A stretch of DNA of 63,630 bases, filler included, from Choristocarpus tenellus KU-1152 (lineage: Eukaryota; Protista; Phaeophyceae), in NCBI GenBank assembly GCA_964200185.2. It is 9 parts of 9 records of this genome, joined end to end, with 100 filler letters (N's around TTAATTAATTAA, not from the genome) between each part and the next. Parts side by side here need not be neighbours in the genome. Positions count along the whole stretch, not along the records: positions 19,970 to 51,338 come from CAXNAD020000082.1; 8 more parts are not named here. The stretch is one strand, 5' to 3'. Each line of letters starts with the position of its first letter. Position 1 is the first letter of the stretch. The notes beneath the pieces are model-generated. The model did not search any database and was not told the DNA's origin. It worked only from the letters and a program-made list of their open reading frames with translations. Positions 26,501 to 41,500 of this stretch are shown here, piece after piece. Made by a program: the position numbers and the translations under genes.

Positions 26501-29500
26501 AGTAGCAGTCACAGAAGCACTTCTTGATCTCAACGATAAAACTCCATGTATATGGTGTATAAAGGAAAAGTTTGCTTTGCATAATATCACCTGAATGTAA
26601 CAAACCACTGTGCCTGCCCATCAGATAGCACATCTTTTTCAACATTTACAATTCCAACAACGGGCAATGCCTCGAGAGCAGCCTTCATGCCATCAGCAGA
26701 GGCGTCAAATGGAAGGTCAACTGTATCAAAGCCACCAAATGATAAGGAGAATGCACCCCCCAGCGGCGTTGGATTTCCCCCCGTAGTATGAATCTTCTGG
26801 ACCTAAGAATTGATATAACAAAAGATTGGCATAGAGAGGACAAAAGGATAAAGTGAGGCACTATTTCAAACTGTTCGTTATGAGTTGCAATAAAAAATGT
26901 TAACAATAAATGCACAAATTTTATAGAGTAGAGGAGAATAAGAATGGAGAAAGTGAGCAACTTTTTTTTCCATTCCTCTATTTCTTTACGCTCACCTCCC
27001 ATCTGTAGGGGTAGGCGGACATCAGCTCCAGGTCACCCAAGTCACCTGTGAATGTCACCCACCTTATATACACAAACAATTTGTTTGTGCACGCCAGGTA
27101 CAATGTACCAAGCAGGAAATTAGATTTGAGTTTAATAGAGGTGTGTTGACCTATGTCAAAAAAACACGCTTGATAGGAACATGTTTTCCACAATATCGCT
27201 CCATGCTGGAACGTGTTCAAGGTTTGTCATGTAGTAAAATACAATTCAGATATATAGACCTCAGCCATACTATCTTACTCACCGTTGCTTCAGCACAATA
27301 ATGCAGTTTCTTTAAAGCATGAAGTACTGCCACGTTTGATAGCTCAACATGATTAGATCAGAACATTATTGTTTGAGTCCACTTCAAAATATCTTTTACC
27401 CATAGACCACCCGACGACTCAAAGATTAAAATGATCTCAATATTACCATTCAAATCCAGTGCCGATGTTATATCTTGTTACTGATGCCGTTGCCACAGAA
27501 TCAAGGGCTTCAAGTGCTGCCTTCATCTGCATTGGGATATGTAATGCACAGAAGCAGTGTACACGTTGGAGTTAGTGTGAAAATATTATGGTCTCACAAT
27601 TGAGACTTCTCTGCTCCATTATTGGGTCTATGCTCTAAGAAAATAGCTTGCCTCATCTGCAGAGGAATCAAATTCCAAGTCATCTGTATAGGCATTGCGG
27701 TAGGAGACTGTGAATGTCCCTTCCAGGGGGGACACTCCTTTGACCACTTCCACCGCATCTACCCTTGCTGCCGGCCCACTGAGTTCAGATGTGTCAACCT
27801 GCACAAGAAGAACATGTGGTCAAACTGCTGTTGGTTTGTGGCACTTGTCCAACTTTTTCATTATGATCATGCAGCAGGACAGGTCATACAAAAAAAATAT
27901 ATAGTGACACTTCAAATACTAAATTCTACTAGAGCTCATTCATGATATGGAGCATGTACACAAATATTGGGTTGATAGTCATCTTGATTGATACAACAGG
28001 ATGATTGACAATTGATTAGGTAATTCCCAAACAATATTTCTGGGCAATGTGTACGATCAAGTGTCTTAGCCACCACACCATCTAAAGTTAAAAGGACTGA
28101 GATCCTGCAAGGGACTACAATCACCTCAATCTCAGATATATCCCCGACAGGATCAAGAAAGGTCACAGTCCAAAGGCTAGCATTGATATATTTGTCGTAA
28201 GAAGTGTTTCCCACAGACTTTGTGACATATGTCACGGACACGTCATTCACGTTGCTCAAACTTTCCAGTAGAACCTGGAGTTATGGATGGCAAGCGTTAG
28301 GAGGTATACAATGTGGTAAATGTAGATGTGAAAATTTTGCCTGTTGAGGAATGGAATCATGTTATTGAAGTGACAATGTTGGGAATAGACCTGCTTTCAT
28401 CTGGACTGTTGGAAGTATCTTGCCCAACTCAAGTCCATGTGCATTTTTTCTCCAATTCCATAGTATGGGGTAAATTGGCTCAATCCACGCATGAAATCAC
28501 AACTAATAGTAGAAACGTTGTCTCTTAAGTCATTGTCCCTCATTTAGCTTGTCTTCCTGAAAAACTCAACTTGTTGATATCAGAATGAAATGTTTCCATC
28601 AATGAAGAAGCAAAGAGAGATCAAGATTCTCTCCAGAAAAGATATTCAACCAAGATTTCAGATAATGGCCAAAGTATGCAACCTTGCTCTTTCAGGACCC
28701 ACCTCAAGTTCTGTGGCATTCGCATCAAAAGGCACAATGACACTGTTGCTGGCCCCTGATACAGTAATATTGAAGGTGCCAGACACCTGAGTGGTTGTAT
28801 TGTCTGCACTCAGCTCAAGGCTGATATCAACAACATGCGGAAGAAGTGTTCGGAGGTCAACCAAGCTGATATTGTCTTCCCTATCAGGGAATTGATATGT
28901 TCAAGAAGTAGTGCTCACTTGAGAGGACTTCAGACTTGAATACCTCATATAGGAGATCATCAACTTGGTCTATTCGCCCTAGGCACATTTGCTAAGTTGT
29001 TTATGAGATATTCTTCAATCTGAAACACACTAGTGGCGGAGGATCTTCAGTTTTTAGTAGCCCTTCAGAATATACCAAGTTAAAAACCAGCTTTCGAAAT
29101 TTGACACTTGTCATGTACCAGTTGTTTCTGTATTGTGCTTGAACCACATATTAGCATTTCCACTCTGTGGTAATTTGATATAGGAATGAAATGGGGTGCC
29201 TCATTTAGAACATTATAGTGACTAACCTCTGCACCTCCTTAACAAAGCGCATGTCAGAGGAGGCAATCACACGTTGCACCTCTGCCACTCCTGTGGATGT
29301 CTCAGTGATGTTGATCTGTCCAGGAACTAGAGCATCAACTGTCTCATTGTAGTAGGAGAGTAGTGGCAAGTCACCGAGCAGATCCTGAGGTTGGTGTGCA
29401 GAGAGAGAGAGGAGTGGTGGATGACATGGATCATCAAATGAAGGGATGAAATGCCATAACAGTATAAGTGCGAAATGAGGAATGTGACAGTACTCACACT

Positions 29501-32500
29501 GCAAGTGATCATGTAGTCAACTGTACCAACCACAGTAAAACAATATGAGGGCAATGTTCCAGATGTGGTGTATGCGACACATGACCATGTATAGAAACCA
29601 AATTACATCATTACGGTTCCCACATAGCATAACTTCACATCATCAACAAAGCTACAACACCTTATCCAATAATTGTAGCAAAATATTCGCCTTGAAGAAA
29701 ACGAACAGGTTCTGTTTCCGTGGACGAACAAGCAAATATGCTCTCTAAAACCACAGCCTTACCCTTTGTCACCCAATAAAAAAAAAATTGACCAGGGAAT
29801 ACAGAAAACCATTTTGCAGTGTTCTCATCCCAAAAATGAAGAAAAAATCGATGTACGTGAAGTGCATGGAATGACCAAAAGAAGGAGGAAGTGTTTCCTC
29901 CTAAAGAATGTTTTGAAAGCAGTAAATCCAGCTGTTGCCCTAAACATGCCCAACTAGCCAACTTACCTTAAACCAGATGTCATAATAGTGTCCATATTCT
30001 CCTGCGTCATAGTCGGTGTAAGCAACATCCACTTCCCCTAGAACACCAAGGTCCTCTAGAGCTGCCTTCAATATGGAAGCTCCTGCATCCACTGCGGGGC
30101 ATTCAGTACCATTCCCTGTCGTGTAGGTGTGCCCTTCCCATACAAATGAGAGGCAGAAACTGAAGAAAGGGCAAAGATAATAGAGGGAGAAGATAAGATA
30201 GCCACTCAAATTTGCAGAGATGTTCTCTTATGGAAACAAATAACGGGAAGACGTTCATGCATAGAAGGGCAACTGGGTCGAAATCATTGCCAATGGCTGC
30301 AAGACTTCTGAAAAGTGTCCAAGAACCCACACACTGGCCGGGATCCGAAAGGTGCTTACCTCCCTGAAGAATTTTCGGGAATCATTACTCGCTGCACCTC
30401 ATATGCAGTAGGATTATAGGAAGCCACCCCTCCATCAGACTCCCACATTGGTATGCCAGTGTAATCAACCTTGTATATCTCCGTAAAGAAGGTGTCTCCA
30501 CCTATTGGGTATGAAGAATGTTCAAGTTTTAGTAGCAATCGAATATGACAGTCAGGTATTGTGATGAATATACTCTTGCTTGAAACTTTTGCATTAAAAG
30601 GTAGTAGATTCCTGCAATCTGTATAGCAAGTAAGCTTAATTTGAAAGGATGTCCAGTATCACTAGATTATATTTGTGCTCCTTTGAATTGATGTTTAAGA
30701 AGTAATACCAACAATTCACTTTTAACAAAATATCTACTGTAACTTCCCATGTCTTTGACTCAAGTGTACATTCTCGCCCCCCCCTTATTAGCGACCCCAA
30801 AGCATCATGTATCCAAATTTGACTCTCTCCAATATTTTGGAGCCCAGGAAGCTACACCGTAGTACTTTCTTTGCCTGGTGAGTCGTGGAACGTATACTTT
30901 GTACCATGAACGCTCTACTGCTCTCTTCACCTGCAAATGAGTACCCTGACCCATCAGCAGCAGCAAATGCTGACGTAGCAGTCACATCTGTAACAGGAGC
31001 ACCACTCGCTTTCCTTGGAGACACGACAAACTCATTTTTTTTGCCCTGAAAAAGAAGGGAAAAAAAAATTGTTCAAGCTTGTTTCGTGTATTTAAGCAAC
31101 AGATCAAAGCAGCACCATATAGACAAATATCGAACTTGGACCAAAGCAGAGGCAATAGAAATGTTGAGGCCCACCTTGACCCTCTCGTCGATAGAAATAT
31201 CGCCTGCCGTAATATTTGTGCTGTTAACAACAAGCAACTCCACATCGCCCATGATTTTCATGAAGGTGATAGTCCACCCAGTTGCCTCTATTCCATCCAC
31301 ACTGGCATTGTAGGTCGTCACATAGACCTGAAAGGCCAAGAGTAACATAGGAGTTTGCAACAATGTCTGCAATTTGATAGTACACTTATAACTACTACTA
31401 TCTATACGAAGGAGATGTCAACATATGTAGTGACGGTAGGGTAGGTAACAATTGCTGGGAAAGATGTTTGTAATCGTAGAAAAAACAGAAGAACATAGAT
31501 AAAAAAAAAGAAAACCAGCGCCAGAACTACTGCGCTGGGTCTAGAAACTGGCGATGAACATGATTCTTCATACCTTGCATTTCAATATTTAAAAAATGGT
31601 TGACGCACTAATGTTGAAAGAGCATTAGAAAATTTGAAGTGCCTCTTTCTGGGCCTGGGCCGTCATGGCCTTTGGATATTATTTTTAGAAGCAGGCTAAC
31701 GGAGTGAGGTAGTGCACCCTCCCACCCTAGAAATTGAGAAGATGGTTTTCTGAGCAATGACACGTTTTTGTTTTATGAAGTAGAAACTGATTAATTACTT
31801 GATGAGAATGGAACCAACGAAGGCCTTGGCAATACAAATCCAATTAATACACTTTGAAGTGGGCAAACAATTCCATGTGTACTGGAATATCATATTCCCC
31901 CTCCCATTGACTGTACTCCTGGGCATATACAGTACTGGTGAGACACATTCTTGCAAAGGATGTTGCTTACCTCTCCAGCAATTGGCTCTACTGCTTCCTC
32001 AACATCAGAAGCACTAGCAACTACCTCTCCCAGCACGTCAGCCATAATGATGCCAGACTCTGCATCTTTGGACAAAGATGGTGAGCTCAAGGTGAACCAC
32101 CCTTGTGTACCAGATGCCACCACATTCTGAACGATAAAATGTTTGAGATTGAGCATTCAGATATGAAAATCATGGATAAGGACTTGGAGTGGGTGCAAGC
32201 AATGAACAACAGTGCATTGCACAGTTAGGAGGTTGTGTCTCAACTTAAGCTCTTGATCGACAGCCACATCTGTCGTATCTTGATGCCTTTCTATCTGCAG
32301 AGCACCCTTTTGATTAATTGAGCAAGGGGTGCACACACCATTCAATATCTGTGAGGTTGGGAGCAGACCAGACAGCAGATGTACATCTGTACGATATCCT
32401 TACATGAAAAGACCATGTTATTTACGTAGTTACACATAACATTAATCATCCTTTGGCATGTCATAATGACCCACCTGCTGTTCATACACAACACCAGCCA

Positions 32501-35500
32501 TTCCCAGAGACAGGGCAGGACCACTTGCCACAGTCTGGGCTGCCGCAGCCCCCTCCCTTGCTACAACAGTGGGAGTTGTACCGCTGGGGATACCTGGTCC
32601 TGCTGCACTAAGAGGTACAACCTGCAATATTCTCAGGCATTGAAGTTGACCAATGTTAGGTAAGGTCTGCTTCAAAATGCAACCAGGGTTGTCCGTTGGG
32701 ATAATTAGCAGCCTACTTCAAATTCCGTTTTTCTCATGTGGTTGTGATTATTATTTGCCAATGAACGTACTTGATGTGCAACAGTGTTTGAAACAGAAAA
32801 ATATATCACTGTTAGGAAATTCAACTTAAACAGAAAGAGTCTGGCAATGGTATCTTCCCGTTGTCTACTACCTACCCATCAGCTCAAACTTCATTTTTCC
32901 AGTCTCTTGGACTGTACCGATTAAGTATACTTATTTTTGGTCATATTTATTTGCACAATCCTACACATAATATACGATGATTGATTTGATCCCTCAAGAG
33001 CAGTCCATATGCAGCTTTCTGTTCACTTGCCTTGAAATGATCGAGTGTTGTGCAGCGATATTATTATTATTATTCTTGCTTCAGGTGACACAGATTGTAG
33101 ATATTTAAACCATCAAGTATAGACTCACTAAAAATGGGAAATTCAGTGGCTTCCTGTGACAAGGACTACAATCAATACTCTTGTGTGGTCAGCAAGACCA
33201 ACAAGATCGACAGGAGGATCCAAAATTCTACTTTGAGCTGGGATAAACACAGAAAAGGTTAGCTGAGTCCTACCTTAAATGCGTAGAGAGCATCTTCAAC
33301 CAAGCCTGAGGTGGTGAATTGCTTCGTAGATGCTTGTCCACTCCCATCATACACCAGGCTAGCATGTGAGCCTGCCTGGGTCTCTACCACAGAGGCCACC
33401 TTTTCCCCACCCGTCAATCGCCCTGATGTGATCACCAGGAGAGGAAGGTCACCGACCTCTGTGTCGAATGTAACTGACCAAGATACAGTTGCATTCACCG
33501 ATGTGTCATTGCGCTCAACAGTCACCACACCAATGTTTTCCAAATTCTCCAAGCGTTGTTTGACCTGTTATTGCAGTTGGCAGGGGAAGGTACTCATATT
33601 TGTAAAGTTTTGGATAGAATAACATATATCACATTCACAAGCTAGAGACAAAGAAAACGGATTCCAAAGTGAACATATTCATCGTTCTGTGAGAGACTAG
33701 ATATGAACAAACGCTCTGGGGTACTTGTAAGCTAGGCTCTGCACTACCTTTCATTCTCTTCACTATAGCTAACCTCTTCTGCCGTGGTGTTGTAGTTCAT
33801 GGGAGGCGTCTCCTGTCCTTGGTATGCAAGCGTAAACGTGCCACGGAGGGGTTCTGTGCCTTTCACAAGAGAGGCCACCTTCACTCCCACCGTTGCCCCA
33901 GTTTCTGCGACAAGCTCAGAGGAATCTATGACAAGGTCATCAATGCTCCCAACATAGTCGGAAAAAGTCACAGTGTAGGCTACAGTTGTGCCACCACCTG
34001 CAGTTGGGGTGGATATGCAGTTTTGTGACCGTGCTTGGTTAGATTCGGATGAATATACCAAAATGTGACTTTGCACCAAGAATGGAGACAGGAAGTCCAT
34101 ATATCACTTCTTTGTGACACCTACAGTTCTGAACGTGATATCTTAACCAAATGCCAAGTACGATAGAGTGGAGTTAAGTACTTTGCAAAACTTTTGGATG
34201 TGTAGATGCATTCATTAATCGTCTAATCTAATGTGAAATAGGGGCCATCCTACAATTAGCTTGGTAGACTTGATTCTTAGTCTTGCCCAGTCACGCATTT
34301 TCTTTCCGCTGCTTATGCAACAGAGAGTCAATTCTAGTGGCAAAATGTCTTGAGACAAGAGCTGCGTACTGCGAAGGGACCTGAAGAATTCTGATCTGTT
34401 CTTGACCCAATACTACATTTTTCGGGGTCAAACACAACCTGATATTGTCCTGGTTACATCCACATTCCCAAGGGCAGAAGAGGCTGCCTCTAATGATGCA
34501 GCAACACTGTTACCCACAGCATTGTAAGCCAACTCAGAAGTCTCTGCATCCACCTGCAAAAAGAATGTCATGCAGTCCATCGTGAGATTAAAAGTAGATC
34601 ACATATGCTAAGACATAATTTCGTTAAATGGACTCCCTTGAAATGTTATCTCAATCCCCCCTGCAACCACCGTTGGTGATTAAGGGTGTAGGGCAACAGA
34701 GGATGTGAGGAAGTCATATATTCAACATACTTAACCCTTTTCCCCCTGAAATTGTTGTGTAGAGCAAACAATATGACAACTTGAATATTTTTTTAAGATT
34801 GATATATATTAGTTTCATGATATGCCTGGTATTGTCACACCTCTCCACCCAGAGCATCAGCCAGAACCCTGAACGTGAAGGTTCCTCCAGTGACATTACT
34901 GAAGGTAACCAGCTGCACAGAGGCCACAGGGTCATCTGCCCCTGTTGTGACCACCTGGAAAACAGTAATTAAGGAGTGTAGAGAAGCCAAAACTCAAGTA
35001 AGAAAATGCTGTAAGATAGAACACAAAGTTGGTATGGAACCTTGTGCAAGGTATTGTACAAGCAGGAGTGGGGAAGGTAATCAGGACATTGCCAAGTAAA
35101 ATAACTGCTCCCATTGTGACAAATGGGGCATATACGGGTCTTATAACATCACCATCCATTTGTGTGATATTTGATGCGTATACACAGTCACCACTGCGGC
35201 CATTCTATCCTTTCCGAAAATCTCACATCTTCACCTTCTGTAAGCTTTATGATAGGAACACAGTGCATACCTGTATTTCTTTCTTCACTGGCTCAGGGTC
35301 AGCCTGAGTGTTCAGACCAACACCATCAAACATGTAGACCTGATAAAGCGAAGGAAAGTTAGGAGCAAGGAGAAATAGGGATGAGGTTTAGAGGCTACTC
35401 TCAGCACATATTTTGTACCGAGTCCCAAGGAGCACGGTTTGAGAACAAGTTTAGTCGTTGACCCAGAGTAACATCACAAGCAAAATATTGAAATTGTTGT

Positions 35501-38500
35501 ACAACTTAAAGGCAGTGTGAACTCAGGCATATTTTTTAAGTGTATCGGTTGAAATCCATACATTTTTTCAGGAAGTATAAAATAAGATATGATAACAATC
35601 ACCTACTGAGAACTACTAGCTAGAGAATTGGCACCCGATTACTCAGCATTTCCCCCTCTTACTCAATGGTGCATGCTCAACATCTTGAGAGCATTACAAA
35701 ATCATATGGTGTGCAATCAATCCTTATGCCAGAATTTGAATTTGAAGGTTCAGCTGATCTGTTTGCAAAGAATTATCACGAACACTAACCTGGTAGCCAT
35801 TGATTGGTGACTTTCCTGTGTCAACGGGCTCAGTCCATGAAATTGTAATCTCATTCCTGGAAACTTCCTCTACAGTTGGCCGAACTAACCCATAAGTCTG
35901 ATTGAGGTCCACATCCATCCCTGTGTATTCAAAGATGATGCATGCAAGGTTACAGTTGTATGGTATTTTGGTGCTTTGCTAGGCAAATTCACCAAAGCAT
36001 GAACTCCGATGCAGTGGGAAGAAATAGATATGACTAAGTTATTTCAATAACATGATTCATGATAGAAATATATTTTTTACGGGAAGCATGCTCGTAGAAT
36101 TGGGTAGAAGTTATGTTTTGAAGAATGAAGCATCATTGGTGAACAAGCAATTTTGCAGGTCACATACGTGAACAATTTTTCATCCATGGCGCCAAAACTA
36201 TGGCAAAAATTCCAAGTATTCAGTAACACCACAAAGTGCTGACTCATGATCAGAAGATATTGCCCCAGGGATTTTAACTCAAAAGAGAGTAATGAGGACT
36301 CCTTGGCACTCTCGCTCACCAGGTGGAAGGGCAGCCACAACCGTGAGGGCAGGACTGGTACTAGAGGTGCCATAGGCATTTACAGCCTGAATATAGAATG
36401 TGTATAGCTCGCCCTCGGACAAGTTTAATACCTGAAAATGACATTACCATGGAAGGACACAATCAATATTAAGATACTATGATAGGCAACAACATCCCTT
36501 CCTTCATAGGAGTGGTTAGGTGAATGCAGCACTAGATTTGGAAAAGGTGAAGATTTGCTGAGGGTGTGGATTGGATGGATGTAGGAATATGGCAGCAGCC
36601 CAGAGAGGCAGTATTCGTGGAAAAAAATATTGTCGACACTATGAGGGTCGAAATGAGAAGGTGGGGAAATGCATACCACAATGGTATTAGTATAAGCAGC
36701 GATATCCTCACCATTAGCTCTTGCAACGACCACATATCTTCTGCGTTAACAGTTGTGGAAGTTATATTTCCAGCCTGATCCTCCATCCGCACACGGTAAC
36801 TTGTGATAGGAGAGCCTCCATTATCCATTGGTGCCACCCATAATATGCCCACCTGAGTTTGGGTTCGATGTTGAAATGAAAAGGTTTATGAACTCTGATT
36901 TGGAGTAGCACAAAACTGATAGAGTAGCACAAAGCTGATCTAAAAGTCCTGGCGCAATTGAAACATGGTTGTGTTGGAGAATTGAATGACTGAGTGGGAG
37001 AAAGAATATATTTATCCTCACGGCAAAGAGACATGAAATAAATTAGAGATACCAACTCTTAGGGTGAGGGTCAGGTTTTAATCACCATAAACCTAGGGCA
37101 AGATTGGCACTTAAGTCAGACTATGAACAATATTGCATTTTTTCAAGAGTTATTTGAAGAATATATGTATTGTATTTGATCAAGAGGTAGTGTCTGAGCA
37201 GGAAGAGCAATTACAGGTATGCCTTCAATCTAGAGCACCTTCAACAGTGGTAAGGAAAGAAATGTCTGTGGGGAAATCAACTCAAAAAATAGTAGTTGAT
37301 GATAAGCTGGGGGATAATTCTCAGCAAGAGCAGCACAGATGATCGATTCTCAAAGTGTTTGGAGGGCACTATTTTTGCCTTCCTTTGGTCTGAGGGTTGC
37401 ATAATATCATTCCTAATTCATGCCCACAGTAACAAGGAAGAAAAAACCTAGTTTGGGATACTAGTCCAAAGATATCCATTGTTCATCATCTCATATATAT
37501 AACCAGATCCTACATACCTTTGCATCTCCAGAAACTACTGTTCCAATGTTGGAGAGGGAACTGCGGATTGGTTGTGCAGGGGCACTTGGCAATTGTGGAT
37601 CCCTGTGAAGGAGAAAGAAAGAAGGACGTATCTGGGTAAGCAGCTAAAACAAGTGTAGCCGGTATTTTACTACTAGGCTTCCTATCCTGAAGAGCTCTAG
37701 GATAGATTGTCATAATATGACATGGCGTGATTCACAGTGTTAATTTAGCATCAATGTTTATTATGAACATCTGAAATTAAACGGAGTTTGGTAAGTAGTG
37801 GATAAATTATCCTCATTGTATGCTGCCATTGCATGCTTCAGCAAGACTTATGTTGTGGCAGTCATTACTGAAATGGTACACAATTGATACATGTCAAATG
37901 AGTATATCAGGAGTTCCACTACAAGAAGAATCTTTATCGACACCATTTTCTCTCTTGAAATGTGCTACCTGACTGTGTAGGCCACCGATTCAGAGAAATC
38001 CCCATAGCACACAGCAGAGGTGTCCACAGCAGAGCAGTAGTTTATTGCTCTCACCCGGAAACGGTAGTTGCGACTGGATTCCAGCTCTGGAAAGTTGCTA
38101 TTGGATTGCAAGGTAGAATGCAAGTCAGGGTTGGGGTTGAGGTTTGTTAAACTAGAGATACACTGATCAAGATCATACTTCGTTAGAGTTCCTATAAATT
38201 ATTTGCCAGATGAAACCTTTACATAGAGAAATATATAGATGCCGATTGTGTGGATTGCAGGACGTTTTTTTTATATGAACATGTCCTACTTACCTATTTC
38301 CCTTACTATACCCTGATGCACCTAAATACCCTAATGCCCTCCCTGCCCCTTCAGGTCAACTTTGCTCTGCTAAACAATAAGCCACCTCAGGCACCAGCAA
38401 GAATTGTTTGCGGTTTATTATAGCCCCTTGAGCAGTTTTTAATACTTACAATATTCTTTCTATTTGGACTGGGGACGCAAAGCCATACTCCTAATGCAAT

Positions 38501-41500
38501 CCTGGCTAGCATTCAACTGGACTCAAAATTTGTGACCCAGTCATTAGGTTCATAGTATCTAGAGGGGTGTTCAGGCGTCCATTCGGGGCCTTTGTCACCT
38601 TGTAGTGATTTTCATATCATTTGACTGAACGTGTGAGATACAAGGGCAATTTCCTTCATCTGAATGCATTTTCCTTTTCCATCCCCCTGCTGGGACGAAA
38701 TCTGAAGGAAATCACCAACGACAGACATCAAATGTATATACCTTACAAGACCCGATCAAGCCCCCAATGTACCACTTGGGCAAAATACCTCCCTCTAGGA
38801 TACTATGGACCTTTACCTAGAACACCAAAACACATAGATTGCTCATGAGACTCTGTTCACAGTATTCTACACTTGTACTGCCATCAGAAGTCAAGGATCA
38901 GCTCCTATCAGCAAAGAGTTAGGCAGCAATTACCTTATCGAAATTGTGTAAGAGGTGGTGTCCTCATCATCTACACCATCGTATACCAGCCTGAAGTTGG
39001 ATGTTGCCCACTCCCCCATCCACAGCTCATAGCCTGCCACACTTACACCTGGTTATTAATTGAACCCAGACATGTACATTGGTTTGAATGTAGTTTTTGG
39101 TTGCCACATGGAATCTTGGGTAGTAAATTATTGTGAGACCTTCACTTCAATTGAAAGTGTTCATGATACTTCAGAAAGTCGCTTGTGTCAGTACGGTACA
39201 GACAACAATCCCAGTACATATGGTGTGATTCGGTCAAGACTCCTGTTGTTCATGAGCTCACCTCCATCAACAGTAGGATGGCGCCACTCAAGGCTGATCG
39301 AAGATTCTGTGGAGGATACCAATCGAACAGCCTCAGGAGCACCTGGCTGGACGTTGGATGGTGTTGCCATCTCTGGATCGGACAGTGCTGAGTAGCCATA
39401 GGACATTACCGTGTGGGCGCTCACACGGACATATACGGACGTACCAGCATCGAGGCCAGTGATGTCATAACTGAAGAGGTGTATGGTTTGAGGGGAGTTT
39501 AGAGAAATGCAATGGGTTGGACTTTGAGGATTGCTAGATTTGATGTCCGACTCAGGCAACATGAGTATAATGTGCACCTGCAAAGTACAGATCTCCTCAA
39601 GAAAGCGCATCTAGGAAGGACTGGAGGATACATTTTTCTGTAGAAAATCGACACTGAATAGAGTGAAAGTATAGAGGGTACGAGTTTTGCCCTCTTTGTC
39701 TGTTTGGGGCTTGACTTTCCACGGGTTTTTTATGGCATTTTCCTACTCCGAAATGTTTGGGAAAATGTGCATGGTATGAAAAGGTGTGTCCAGAACAAGG
39801 ATATTGACACTTCCCAACAAACACAACGACCAAAATACATCAAAACCCCAATGTTGAATATTGGCCCCCAAACGGACGCGACTCTACCCTCTATGATACT
39901 TTGAGTCAATAGAGCACAAAAAAATTGATGGCACCAAGGACCTTAGTTTGTAAGTCTCTAAGGAGCAAAAGAAAAACATTGGATGTAAGGACAACAATTT
40001 GTTTTGAGAGTCTGCAAAAATTCTTTTTAGAAACTGTATTGGGGCATGAGTACCATGGTGATGCGGATGGCCAATATGAATCTATTGCATCTATACTGCT
40101 TGGACACTATATAAAACACACCTCTGTGGCAATAAAATTAGGCATTTGCTGGGATTATGCTATATACACTGATGCCTAGTATCCTGGGTATAAAATCAAT
40201 GCTTCAAGCTATGTACATTCAACATAGCATTTTAAGGGGAGGATGACTTGCAATCCCACATGCACAACTGCTCGCCCAGTACAGTAGCAACCACGCCTGA
40301 ACATGTAACCTTAACCTGAAATAAAAATCCTCACTCAGGCACAATTTTTCTTTATGAAAAACTAGAAAAACATGTAGTCTGGACTAAGAACATACTTTGA
40401 TGTGCATATATGTATACTCTGCAATATATGTGCCTTATTAAGTGTTGCAGAGCTTCATGCAAGTATCCTTCAAGTTAGAAGTATTTGGCAACATTTATAA
40501 TTCACGATACTTGGAGGTTTGGGGTGTTAACCAAATTGATTCTAGATTATCAATGATATAGGGTAGGTAACTCTCCAGTTCAGGACATCTCTATGGCTCA
40601 AGGGACTCAATCAACTGCATTTTTCCCACTTACAATCTACCCTCACTAGATAGATTGTTGACCTTCCTTACCTGTCAAGTATTTCTCTAACTGCAGATTG
40701 GAATCTTTGTCGGAGCTTATATCCTAGTCTGTGTTATGCTAAACATCCTATCTTGTCCAACAACCTATGATGATCACAATATCTACCAGCACAACCTTTC
40801 CATAGGAGCATACTCTACAACCTAATAATCATGACTGATACAATAATATTTCTAGAAACTTTTCCAGATTATTCCTGGTCCTGTCTTGCCAACTACATCC
40901 TACCCGAACAAGCCACCCAAGCGATTGGTTTCAAACCCCTCCAAAGTACTCCTGGTAAAAGTTAGTCCCAGATAGTATCTCGAAGATATATATAAATACG
41001 TGCTTCAGAGTATTATTTGGTGTGGGTTGGTGGGAGGCATGGCATTGTTCAACAAGAAAATGATATACATAGTAGGAGACTTTGATGGTACAACTGATGG
41101 GAACTCTATCACCAAACTGGTTCAACAATCACAATTTGTTTTACTTTGACGAAAAACACCTGTTCCTGCTCTTGGTTTGCAGATCTATAGATTTACTCCC
41201 CAATTTTTCAATGGCTGTACCCATTCAGATCAAACACAACATGTCTTCCTAACACAGGAAAATGTATTGCTCTAAGTCTGTGGAATGGAGAGAAATCGTG
41301 GAGGGGATGGAGTGGCAAATCTATGGGGATGGAAGGATGGACTTGAAAAGTTGCAGAAAGCATCACATCAGATTTTAGTGCAAGAATATCTCTGTTTGGC
41401 AGTGCTTGATGCTGAACAATAGCCCTTTTTGGCAAGGAACCGACAATATGAGGCTTAGTACACAAGAGAAAAATCTGCAAAGAAACATATCAACAAGAAT